From NCBI RefSeq assembly GCF_001194135.2, contig NC_069002.1, forward strand, positions 281,436 to 345,435: a stretch of DNA of 64,000 nucleotides, written 5' to 3'. This document shows positions 37,095 to 64,000 of this stretch, in pieces (position 1 is the first letter of the stretch; every line of letters starts with the position of its first letter). Made by a program: the position numbers and the translations under genes. Origin of the DNA: Octopus bimaculoides. Taxonomy: Eukaryota. A model generated the notes under the pieces. The model ran no database searches. It saw only the letters and a program-made list of their open reading frames with translations, and was not told the DNA's origin.

Positions 37095-39542
37095 ACACAT
37101 TTTCCAGAATATGTTTGATGAGATTAAAATATGTATTGTGTTATCAGTGATCAGAAACATGACAGATGTGCTCCAAGATACAATATGATCACATTTATAT
37201 AAGTCCTTGCCTTTAGTAATTTAAATTAGGGGCACTAATTCACATAAATATCTAATAAAAAAAGCACAAAGCTAGATATATGTATAACAAAATATGAATA
37301 ATAAACCATTGTACAAAATGAACCAGTTTTGATTAAAATAATCTATTTTGTTTTTATATATCTTTGTTTCTTTCCTTTTCTTTTTTAAGTTGCCATTCCT
37401 AAAAAGGGATTACTGAGCTATAAAAGGTTGAAAAACCTTGATGTAGAAGTTTCCCCCTCTATGTTGGGATTAAAAGCGTTGGACTACTGACAAAAATAAT
37501 AAAAACAGAACATCCAGCAATTGGAACTTGTTCTCATAGGTTTTGTTCCACTGTTTTCATGAGAAAATACTTGTTACGCTATTTGTATATTATTGTTCCT
37601 AAACCCCTCGTTTCTCCAGATCAAGGAGACTAATGACCAAAGTCATTACAACCACGACCAGCTTGAGATGGTCACTGTTGTATTGCATTCAGAGATAGAA
37701 TACATGGGACTAATTATCTAATGTGTCCTTCCACTCTTTAAGAATGGTAAGATATGATTTGAGGAAGAATGGACTGTTATCTCCGGCAGGTCTAACAACC
37801 ACACAGAGGTTCCCTCATTGATACATTTACTCATGTGATTATTGTAGTAAGTTGAACAATAGAATTAAAGAAGTTAAGGGAGAGGATTCATATGGCATGG
37901 GGTTTGATAAAATTAGTTGAGAGTGATATACTGAATGATGTGTGTAAAAATATTCCAAATTAATTGAAATTAACACGTTATTTGCAAAAAGTAAACAAAA
38001 GCCTAATGGTAATTGTTAGTGGATCTCTAGGGGAAGAGGAGATAATTTTAAACATTTATGCGATGAAGAAATAAAACAGCAATGACAAATATCTTAATCA
38101 TTTCTGCAAGCATGGTAGATAATTCTGGATATGCTTCTATATTATGGGACCTCCTCAGTTTAAAAGCCAAAGTATCAACGATACATTTATGAAGTAAAAA
38201 TGTACAATTATTCGTGTAGGTATTTGTGTACATGACTAATTGCGAACAATTAGCAAATTAAAAAATGATTAACTGAGGTTAATTTGACAGGAAAACATCA
38301 TCTGCATGATAAACAATAGTTAAGCTGTGTTAACACATTTGATATAGTTTAAGGGTGGGCAGTAACTGTCCTGTTCGATAACCTTTCTTGTGGATGACGA
38401 TATGAAAATGCACTCATTGCACGTTGACACTGTAAAATGATTTGTTGTTGAATGGGCATCGAGCTGTGAGAGAATACGTTAAAACATTACAGTTACATCA
38501 ACGAAAAATCTAAATTGCTTATACAAGCCATCTTTGCACACTCGTCGGCTGCCAACAACTCTCTTCTTTTCAGATGCAGAAAATAGATGTCAAACAACCA
38601 AAACGGCATTAAAAAAAAAAATGATAATAAATAAATAAATAAAAACAATAGATGTGGCTCCAAGAAGGAACCCTGAATGTCAGTCATGGGCAAACTACGG
38701 CCGGCAGGACTGCCTACATGGCACGTCTAACAAAAGAATTATCTATAACATTTTAGTAGCGCAGTCCACTTCTCGAAAATGTTACCCATACCAATTGTAC
38801 ATGATTACCTAATCTGCTAGAAATATTCCCCTCCCCCAATTTCTCTTTAATATCACTCCTTCGGGTTCGTTGCACATAAACAAAATATAAAAACAGACGG
38901 TTATGACTAGAATGTTTTGAAGATATATCATTGCTCGATCAGGGAGAATCATGGGGTGAACAAGTGACATAAACATCAAAACAGAAGTAATTCATCTCTC
39001 GCAGTCAATTGGAACCATGATGCTTAGAGTCGTTATCCTTATTTAATTAATTTGCAAGGATATGAATTACCAAAACTACAAAAAAAAGAAGCAAAACTAA
39101 AGAAAAAAAAACTCTCTATATAAAAAAGATTTATTTTCTTTCACACTATGTAAACAATAGCGTCCTTAGTTACAGGTTTCCAGCAGACCAACCAATCACT
39201 GCTTCCCTTTCTTTCTGACGGCAGCAGTGACTAACTCAATATAAGGAACTTCGTTCTTTAAGCACCGCCTTTTTTTTTTTTTTTTAAAGTATGTAAGAGA
39301 CATTTATTAATCGAGGATGGAACCCTAAACCACGTGGTTGGAAACTGATCGTGTTATCCACGCAGTTACCTAATTTTTCATTTTAAAAATTGAGTAGAGT
39401 CTTTAGAGCATCAGGCAAAAGAGTTAACGGGACTTAATTGCGACCCGAAAAGTTCAAATACTACCGAAGTTGGCTTTAGTTTGCATCCTTCTGTGTTCGA
39501 AAAATAAAATACCGATTAAGTGTTGGCATTCGTTTATTTTTC

Positions 39543-39780
39543 NNNNNNNNNNNNNNNNNNNNNNNNNNNNNNNNNNNNNNNNNNNNNNNNNNNNNNNNNN
39601 NNNNNNNNNNNNNNNNNNNNNNNNNNNNNNNNNNNNNNNNNNNNNNNNNNNNNNNNNNNNNNNNNNNNNNNNNNNNNNNNNNNNNNNNNNNNNNNNNNNN
39701 NNNNNNNNNNNNNNNNNNNNNNNNNNNNNNNNNNNNNNNNNNNNNNNNNNNNNNNNNNNNNNNNNNNNNNNNNNNNNNNN
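39543..39780. other. Assembly gap (238 N) flanked by SINE fragments
   Basis: Run of N. Confidence 1.
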
Positions 39781-41026
39781 GGTATTTAAGTTATGGAACT
39801 TTTCGTTCGGAATTCGAATCCTGTCCATAAACATATAATATCAGTCAAGTACTGAGACGATTGATATTCCTCTAAAGTATCCTAGATGTAAATGGAATTA
39901 TATTAGAAGAATAAAACGAAAATCTGTGCGAAATTTCCTTAATTTCATATAATCTCCGTGTTTGTGTTGTCAGAACCTGAAATAAGCCGGACAAAATGCT
40001 TTGCAACATTTTTTCCGGCTGTTGGTTCTAAGTTCAAATTCTACCGAGATCGACTTTACCGTTCATCGATAAAACAAGTAACAGTTTAGCACTGGGGGCG
40101 TGGTCGATGTAATCAACTCTCCCCCCCTCTTCACCCAAGATTTCAGGCCTTGTGCTTATAGTAGAAAACAAAAATTATAATTTGTTTTTATTATTTTTAC
40201 GGTTCCGATCATACTGCGGGGCATCTTCGGTAAATGTCATTTTCTATAACCTCGTGCCGACCTTGCAAGTGAAATTTGAAAGACGGAAATTGTAAAGAAG
40301 CCCGTCAGGTGTAATGGAAAAGGTGAGAATTACTTTAAGGGTACAACGTGTGTGTGTGTGCGGAATACTCAGCCACCTTCACATAAATTCAGGAGCAGAT
40401 AATTCAGTTGATCGAACAATTGAATCCTCTTTGTCAAATGACGAAGATCCACCACCATCATCATCATCATCACCACTACTGTTAAGATCTGCGAGATCAG
40501 AATTACGCTCTCCTGTCATGGAAGACCAGAAATGACACCACTTTTCAATTTCTTTTATTATTTATTTTCCATGTGTCTCTTTCAATGCAAAGAAAGCAAA
40601 GAAAAAAATCTCGATATACAGTGATGTAAATTATCTTATCAATCACTAATTATAATTTTTTTTAACTATTAAAATTAATCTAATTAAGCACCAGTCCAAA
40701 GCAAGGTAACAGTACTCTTGCCTAGAGAGTTCCAATGGTGAGAGCAAGGCGGGATGTGAAGCTGTTTCTGCTCGGCTTGGCATTTCGTCTTTAGTCGTTT
40801 ACACGAAATCATCCACTTTTTCTCTCTGATCTACACATAGAGTTTATATTTTTTTGATTTCTATCGAATTCATAATAATGGACGGAAAATCCTGATTAAC
40901 AAAGAAGACCGCTCTCCAGCTGCCAGTTGTGTTATGTCTCTCTTTAACTGCAGCTGTCCGTCAACGACCACCGCCACTTGTCGAAATTGAAGCATTTCAT
41001 AAATATTACCGGATACCATCAATTCG

Positions 41027-41380
41027 GTGAGTTTACATTCAGTTCTTCCCTTTATCTCAATATTAAACATTTACAATTTTTAAATGCGTTGTTACTTAAT
41101 ACCGAACCATTCAATCAACGAAGATTAAAATCCGTTCCAAAAGCAAAACTCGTTTCCTTTCTCCTTTCTAATCCATCTTTGTCTTTTCAAAGAATTCCTT
41201 TGTTTTCATAGAATTTTAAATATTTACGACGCTTCTTATTTCTTTTTTAAGTCGGGAGTATTTTAATATGTTCATTATTATATATTTAGTATAAATAACA
41301 CGCCTCGACCATTCATTACCTTGTCAAGCTTTTATTTCTTTTTGTTTCTCTTACATCATTTTTTCTTTTTCTACGTCTAG
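41027..41380 (+). other. Probable 5'-UTR intron of SMARCAD1
   Basis: Donor cg|gtgagt at 41027 after a CpG-rich stretch. A long pyrimidine tract and ctag end at 41380, 168 nt before the ATG. Confidence 0.5.
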
Positions 41381-41548
41381 TTTATTTGTACGAAGAATAC
41401 AGAAGAAAAAAAAATTTAAATCAAAAATCCCACAATCTACGAGTGATCGAGCGAAAGGATACGTAAAAAAAGAAAAGATTTTTTTTAAAGATCGATCAAA
41501 GAAAAAACACTCACACACACTAAAAAAACACATCTTAAAAATCTTGAA

Positions 41549-58170
<16,622 letters not shown>

Positions 58171-58699
58171 AAACTTTTATGTAAAACTTCTGAAGAATCA
58201 CCATTTCAAGATCTTTTTTTTTTAAAAATTTCTTTTCCTTTTCCTTCCATTGGAAACCCTCATCATTTTCTCATGCCATCATATACACCTGCCTTCTCTG
58301 CCTGCGTCCATTTGTTATTTCTTTTATGTTTCACTTCTTTCCCTCTCATTTACATGTGGTATGGTATTGTACCAAGCTATCACCAACTCTCTGTCTGTCT
58401 GTCTGACTGTCTCTTTGTTTCCACTACCTACACAAAATATGAACATATCTACATACATACATACACACACATGCACATATATTTACAGACGTTCAGTTTT
58501 CTGTTCAATTTGCCTTTGTTCAATCAATCAATCAATATCTGTCTGTGTCTGTCTCTGTCCAGCTCTTCACTGTGGTGTCCATCATTGTGGAAACAGATTG
58601 TATGAAAAAAAAAAAAAAAAAAAAATACCAAAACTACAAACAAACAAACATGGTTACATTATATACATTGGACCAGCAAAAATAGTGACATGAATTGCT

Positions 58700-58705
58700 A
58701 ATAAA
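58700..58705 (+). terminator. Candidate SMARCAD1 polyadenylation signal
   Basis: AATAAA about 530 nt after the stop, followed by T/GT-rich sequence. Confidence 0.45.
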
Positions 58706-59034
58706 GTTACACTTAGATTAGTTTAATATTGTTTATTTATTTGTTTTTGTTTTTTTTGCTTTTGTTTAGAACTCCTTTGTCTCTTTGTTTTACTGTATTT
58801 TCTCTGTGTGTGTGTGTGTGTGTAAATTATACGGGGCAGGGCAAAAGTCACACACAAAATAAGTTCTGTATACTCTGGAATTGCCAAAGACATGCTTCAA
58901 CTTTTCTAAAATTGATTCGAATAATGATGAATACTCAAGTACTCGTCCATGATGAATGAAATAAATAATAACAAGGATGATGGAATATAAATAAAATGTC
59001 AACTGTTTTGGTGTGTGACTTTTGACACTCCCTA

Positions 59035-59107
<73 letters not shown>

Positions 59108-59785
59108 CTGAGAGAAAAGTTGGGTACAAGAGGCATGAGATGTGGTGTGCAAGAGAGATGACTGTGCTTGTACAGTCATGTGATGCGTATGGACGAGGAC
59201 AGCTGTGTAAAGAAATGCTGTACTCTAATGGAGAGAACCTGTGGAAGAGGAAGACATGAGATGAGGTGTTGGAGCACGAACTTCAAATGTTCAATCTCAT
59301 GATGACAAGTGACTGAGACCTTTGGTGAAATGTTGTGCTTGAGAAGACCTGACAAACCAAATGTGATCGTAGACATGGCTGATGGGAGTGCCGCTGCCTC
59401 CGTGAGAAGTGTTGGGCCTCATGGAGGCGGTGGAAGGGGAGCCAAACTTTTGACAATAAACCCTGTTTGTGTAGACCTATCAGGACAAGGGAGATCGTAG
59501 TCGTGGCTAATGCCAGTGTTGCGCAACTGTCACAGAGGAAGCACCCTTCACACATTGGGCTTTTATTAAGAGGACCTGTCAAGCCAAGGGAAATCGTAGT
59601 CGTGGGACTTGAAAAGCACCGTATCAGTATTGAACCTCGCGGAGGCAGTGACAGGTGGCCAAGGGCTTCGGCAATATACCGTGCGTGTTTAGACCAGGCA
59701 AGCGAAGTAAGATCGTAGTTGCGACACTTAAAAAGCGGTGCCCCAGCATGGCCAGTGTCTAATGAGTAAAACAAGTAAAAGGTAA
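59108..59785 (+). mobile_element. RTE LINE 3' end: decayed ORF2 C-terminus, repeat-containing 3' UTR and a family A-type tail
   Basis: LREKLGTRGMRCGVQER*LCLYSHVMRMDEDSCVKKC..TCGRGR fits the RTE C-terminal pattern. Three imperfect repeats with core atcgtagt start at 59475, 59574 and 59693. Confidence 0.8.
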
Positions 59786-60182
59786 TATCTTTATCGTAAT
59801 TTTCTGTTGTAGGGGAGACAATCTCTGACAGATTTCAGTTTTTAAAACTTCACATCCACAGAACATGGAGTTTTCTCATCTGACGTAATCACATGAATTA
59901 CGTCACAATAAAATGTCAAAAAAAAAAAGCGCTGCGTTAAAAATTTTTTTTTTTAATTATTATTCCAGTTAGAAAACTTCATAAAAATAGATTGAAAAAA
60001 TTCTTTCATTTTTTTTAACCAAGTTTTAAAAAATTACGGAAGAATATTAAAAAACAAATAATACATTTTAATGTTTTGCAACTTTCAATCCTAGTAATTT
60101 TTTCTAAGAAAATATTTCCCATTCGCTGAAGTAAGTTGATTTCTATTAATTTGATTTGATTTTATGTAACTGTCGGTGAACA

Positions 60183-61008
60183 GAAGCGTCGTTGGTTACA
60201 GGTTTTCAACGCGCAAAAACCTTGTTTCACACCATTTCTGATGGGAACAGACAATAAGAAGGGGAGTGTCTGTTACACGGGGCAGAGAACTTTTCTCCTC
60301 TCTGGGACTTCGTTCCAAAAGGAACGGCTTTTTTCTTTTTGCCGATGTTTTCATACATGTATGTTGTGGTGGGAGTCCATAGGTAAAATTGGTTGAGAAT
60401 GTGATGCGTGAGATGCATATGGACTGGGGTTCGAATAGAAGCAGAGTCAGGTCAGTTGCTGTATGACTTTGAGTTAACAACCTCGGATTAATGAGACTAA
60501 AGTAGAGGAAACCCATGCGTTTGAATATCTAATTGACCACAACGTCGGTCAAACCACGTCGAATGAGGTGACTGTTGTTCTGGAAAGAAATGAATATCCA
60601 GGTAAATCTTTCAGGGCTCCGATTGGCAGGTTGGTTTTCCTGTGGAGATAGAGGTTGTGCCTGACACTTATAAATGTCGATGCAAAAGCTAGACGGCGTT
60701 CGGAAACATTTTGAGGAACGATTCGAGTTTTTCCATTGGGGTAACGGATAAGGATAGCGTGGAATGTCTTCAGTACAAGGTGGTTGACTACTCAAGCCTC
60801 CAGTTTGAAAATCTACAGATGGGTTATCTTAGCTGGGATACGATTACCGAAAACTAAACTCAACGTTGCCAGTATAGAAACCCCTTTTTAATATATTTAG
60901 GTTCCCAGTCGAAGTAGAGTGTGGAAAGTGAAGTATAACGCTGTCCCTTACCAAATTGGAGGAAAGTTGGATACACGGATGCCCACTCATCCAATCGACA
61001 TTACCTGA
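60183..61008 (+). pseudogene. Heavily decayed ORF-like block, tentatively aerolysin-like
   Basis: Protein-like segments across about 5 frameshifts and several stops, e.g. ETKVEETHAFEYLIDHNVGQTTSNEVTVVLERNEY, FSIGVTDKDSVECLQYK and VPYQIGGKLDTRMPTHPIDIT. The resemblance was judged by eye only. Confidence 0.25.
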
Positions 61009-61264
61009 ACAGGTGCACGGTGTGTCAGGTGTCGGAAGTGATCGCAGAGTAAATTGCTCAAAGTGGAAGTCTATTTTAAGTCTGTATTGTGTTGTCAATA
61101 TATTAAAGACATATAAACACATACGTTTGAGTGAATTAATAATGTTTTATTTGTTTATCTTGTTTTGTTTTTAATTTCAGATACAAACTACGAGTGAAAA
61201 CGACAGCAACAGTAACAACATCAACACCAATAACGAGAAAGAGAAAGACGTTGGGAAAGCAAAA

Positions 61265-62136
61265 ATGAAATACCGTTCGTTAATGTTTCTTTTGCAATGC
61301 GTGACTATTCTTCACTTTGTTACGGCTCAGGATCCAGAAACAGCATCAAAGGATTTAGCTATCAATACGGGAGCATCAGGTATGTTGTAATTTAGTTTGT
61401 TTTGTAAGTTGGATTTGGGAAAAAGTGACCGAAAGAGTGCCGTGAAATTGCTGTGAGGAGTGGCGTATCCGACGTTTCGGACAGTGTCCTTTCTAAGATT
61501 GAAATTACAAGAGGAGAAAAGGGCCGCAGAGTTTTACATCGACTATTTTTTAAACAACTGGCTGCAAGTGATGCGGAAAGCAAGACAAGGTGAGCTTACA
61601 TATGTAGACAGAAATTATATGGCGGTTTCAAATGAAACCACCAAGTTAATTATTTAGCTTTCCGCATAGTTTGTTAATTATTTAGCTTTCCGCATAGTTT
61701 GTTACTTATTATAAAGCTCATCGATATTGTCAGCATCCATACTTCATCTAAAATAAACCTTTTTTCTTATCTCTCTTCAGATTCGATGAATTATGATAAT
61801 TGTAGCTACTCAATAATTCCATCAAAACCAACTGTTTCACTACTGCAAGACGAAGTAAAACAGATGGTGTTTAATAATGATGTTGAAAAGACGATATTCA
61901 AAAAAGTAAAAGAAGACACGACGATAGGAAAGGACGATATAAAACATCCGGTTGATAGAAAGCACGAAGAAGACCTGGCGACGGCCGAAAAAGAAGACAA
62001 AGAGACGATGTTTGGAAAATTCGTCCAGTATATAAAGTCCTGTGCTAGTCCGGGCAACGCTTCTTTAATTTTCCCTTCTATATACGTCTTGTTTGTTGTT
62101 GTCGTGACTGGGCTACAGATGTCCTCCTATTTTTAA
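61265..62136 (+). CDS. Unrecognised 156-aa protein with a signal peptide and a C-terminal hydrophobic GPI-signal-like tail (2 coding exons)
   Basis: Exons 61265-61379 (cag|gtatgt) and 61781-62136 (pyrimidine tract plus cag), joined in phase 1. N-terminus MKYRSLMFLLQCVTILHFVTA/QDPE, charged middle, C-terminus SPGNASLIFPSIYVLFVVVVTGLQMSSYF. An acceptor at 61180 implies an upstream exon. Confidence 0.65.
61646..61704. repeat. Perfect 28-bp tandem duplication
   Basis: ttaattatttagctttccgcatagtttg twice, plus tta. Confidence 0.95.
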
Positions 62137-64000
62137 TTCTTGCTTAAATCGAAGGAAGAAGAAAAAAACTGGTTCAGGAAATTCATAGTTTAAAAGGAAG
62201 AATCAACTGGAAACAAGTTTTGGAGAAACAAATAATTGAAGGCGGGAAGTTTAAAGAACTTCTCTTCATTCTTAGATTCTAAATAAACCTTTCGCTACTC
62301 TTTTTTTCTTTTCTTTTTTTTACCACTAACCAAGATATTCTAAATATTCTTAAGACAAACTGTTTTGGAAAGTTTGTTTTCGTAAAAGTATCTTGGAAAT
62401 AACTTAAGAAAATTGGAAAACCTTTGCAGAAAAAAATAACAAAACAGTTTTGAAGTAAATAAAGTTGTTCTCTTTGTTGTTGATGTTGTTATTTCGCTGG
62501 CAAAAGGTGGGATGGAATCCAATTGTTATAACATTATTACACTACCACATTACCTCTGCCTTATTACATATCCACCTTTTATTCTATTACACTATTTACT
62601 ACTCATCTACCCCATCATACTACCGCCACTCCATTACATATTTAGAAAAATACGTCCGCCACCTGTTTTCTGCTTTTAAGTGCAATGTAACGATATACTG
62701 CAATTGGTTCAAAAGACCAGCAATTCTTGTATCGGAAGAAACGAATTTTGACGAGAAGGCTCCAATTTGTGAAGAAGTCTGATATTTTTTAAGTAACGAA
62801 TTTTGAAGAGAGGGCTCTTATTCTTTTATCAGGGGTCATCAAAATGTAACGACAATTTAACGAAGAAGTTTGCATCAGAGAAATGACGGAAGAACAATGT
62901 CAGTACGAATGTTGTTAGGGGCTAAAGCCTTTTTCTGTAAGTATTTGATAAGACCACGATGCCGCAGTTTGTCGATTTGCAAGAGGAGTCGCTACTTTAG
63001 AAGGCTTCTTTGAACTGTCAGATGTCAGTTGACCTGGAAAGAAACAATGCAGTTATTAATAAGAAGTGTTGAAATGAATGCATGCATGATTTCACAGCTC
63101 TAGCATCACTCCTTCATAGTCATCCTGAGAACTTTCCGACCGACCCTCGTCAATTATTATGTTGTTACAATGTTGAAGATAAATGTAATATTAGTCGTTA
63201 CAATATATAATAAATTTACTACTTCATCGGGTTATTTATTTGTGTGTACACAGCTTGTTTGTAGATACAGGAGAAATTTGTCTCTGGTTCCATGGTTCAT
63301 TGAATATGTTAGATTAGATTCCCCGTGGCTGCTAGGGAGAAAGACATAGGAAAAGGAACGTTTGTAGTTAGAGGGGGAAAAGAGGTTTACCTTCGCACAC
63401 ATTATTATATAGCATAGTGACCAGAGTTACTCTCAGTCCAGAGACGATTGACCAAGGAGAGGAAGACAGATGTTTGCTTGAGTTTTTTTTAAAATTTTAT
63501 ATATAACTTTCTGGTTACTGAATTAGGTCAGCTAAAACAATAGGGTTCTTCGTCCTTGATCAGAACTGACCACAAGAAAGATCAAGAGGTCAAATTTTTC
63601 TCATTAATCTCTGAGTGCAATAAGGCTAAGACAAAAGACCGAGGAATTGACAATGTATATAAATGTGGATTTGGTTTCGAATTCCAGCTTAGCTATACTG
63701 TAGCTGTTCGCTACACCTACATATATGAGTAAGCGCATATACATTCACATACATATGCACATAGAAAACAACACACTCACATACCTGCACACACACGCAC
63801 AAATACTTCACGCACACACACACACACAAATATACACAAACATACACGCATGCACATACACAAATAGTTTCATCAACAGTACTGCTACTGCTACCACCAC
63901 CGCTGTCCCCCCACCCCTCCATTATCACTACTGGATCATTTCTGTTTAACTCACAGTTTTTGAAATTTCAAAATTAAGTGAAAATTTTCAAATGTTGTAT

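Noticed and set aside
38385-38475. Possible box C/D snoRNA
   Set aside because: Imperfect box C, no terminal CTGA box D, no terminal stem, and an intergenic position.
38048-38693. Short minus-strand ORFs as exons of a gene between UFSP2 and SMARCAD1
   Set aside because: No recognisable motif and no phase-consistent exon chain.
39454-39838. ORFs spanning the N gap, and the many ORFs made of CA/TG/TA repeats
   Set aside because: Artefacts of N runs and microsatellites.
60205-60260. Minus-strand PIRNGVKQG as an RT motif
   Set aside because: The upstream DLxKAFD motif and the downstream continuation are absent.
61409-61657. Protein-like ORFs inside the orphan gene intron
   Set aside because: The only acceptor gives a 29-nt intron and an early stop; no family recognised.
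62915-63150. Terminal exons of a minus-strand gene
   Set aside because: The upstream part matches a mariner-like TIR (gacgagggtcggtcggaaagttc); the remaining 39-codon frame has no recognisable content.

Overview
AT-rich, microsatellite- and SINE-dense eukaryotic DNA; the repeat families and intron style point to a coleoid cephalopod, probably Octopus (inference). I assembled four conserved genes by hand from GT-AG exons. DARS2 (mitochondrial Asp-tRNA ligase, minus strand) has 7 internal exons in the window; its first exon was not located and its 3' part runs off the window start. RABL6 (+) has 14 coding exons and 765 aa. UFSP2 (+) is a single exon of about 630 aa. SMARCAD1 (+) has 21 coding exons and 988 aa. 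An unrecognised 2-exon gene at 61.3-62.1 kb encodes a signal-peptide plus GPI-type-tail protein. The rest is RTE and Tx1/L1-like LINE relics, several tRNA-derived SINE families, piggyBac- and mariner-type non-autonomous elements, simple repeats and three N gaps. The best leads are: a triplicated Cys-peptide-like ORF between DARS2 and RABL6; intronless UFSP2 abutting the 5' half of a LINE; inverted SINE pairs bracketing exons; and a decayed ORF-like block at 60.2-61.0 kb that loosely resembles aerolysin-type pore formers. No rRNA, true tRNA or CRISPR array was found. All homology calls come from remembered motifs, not database searches.
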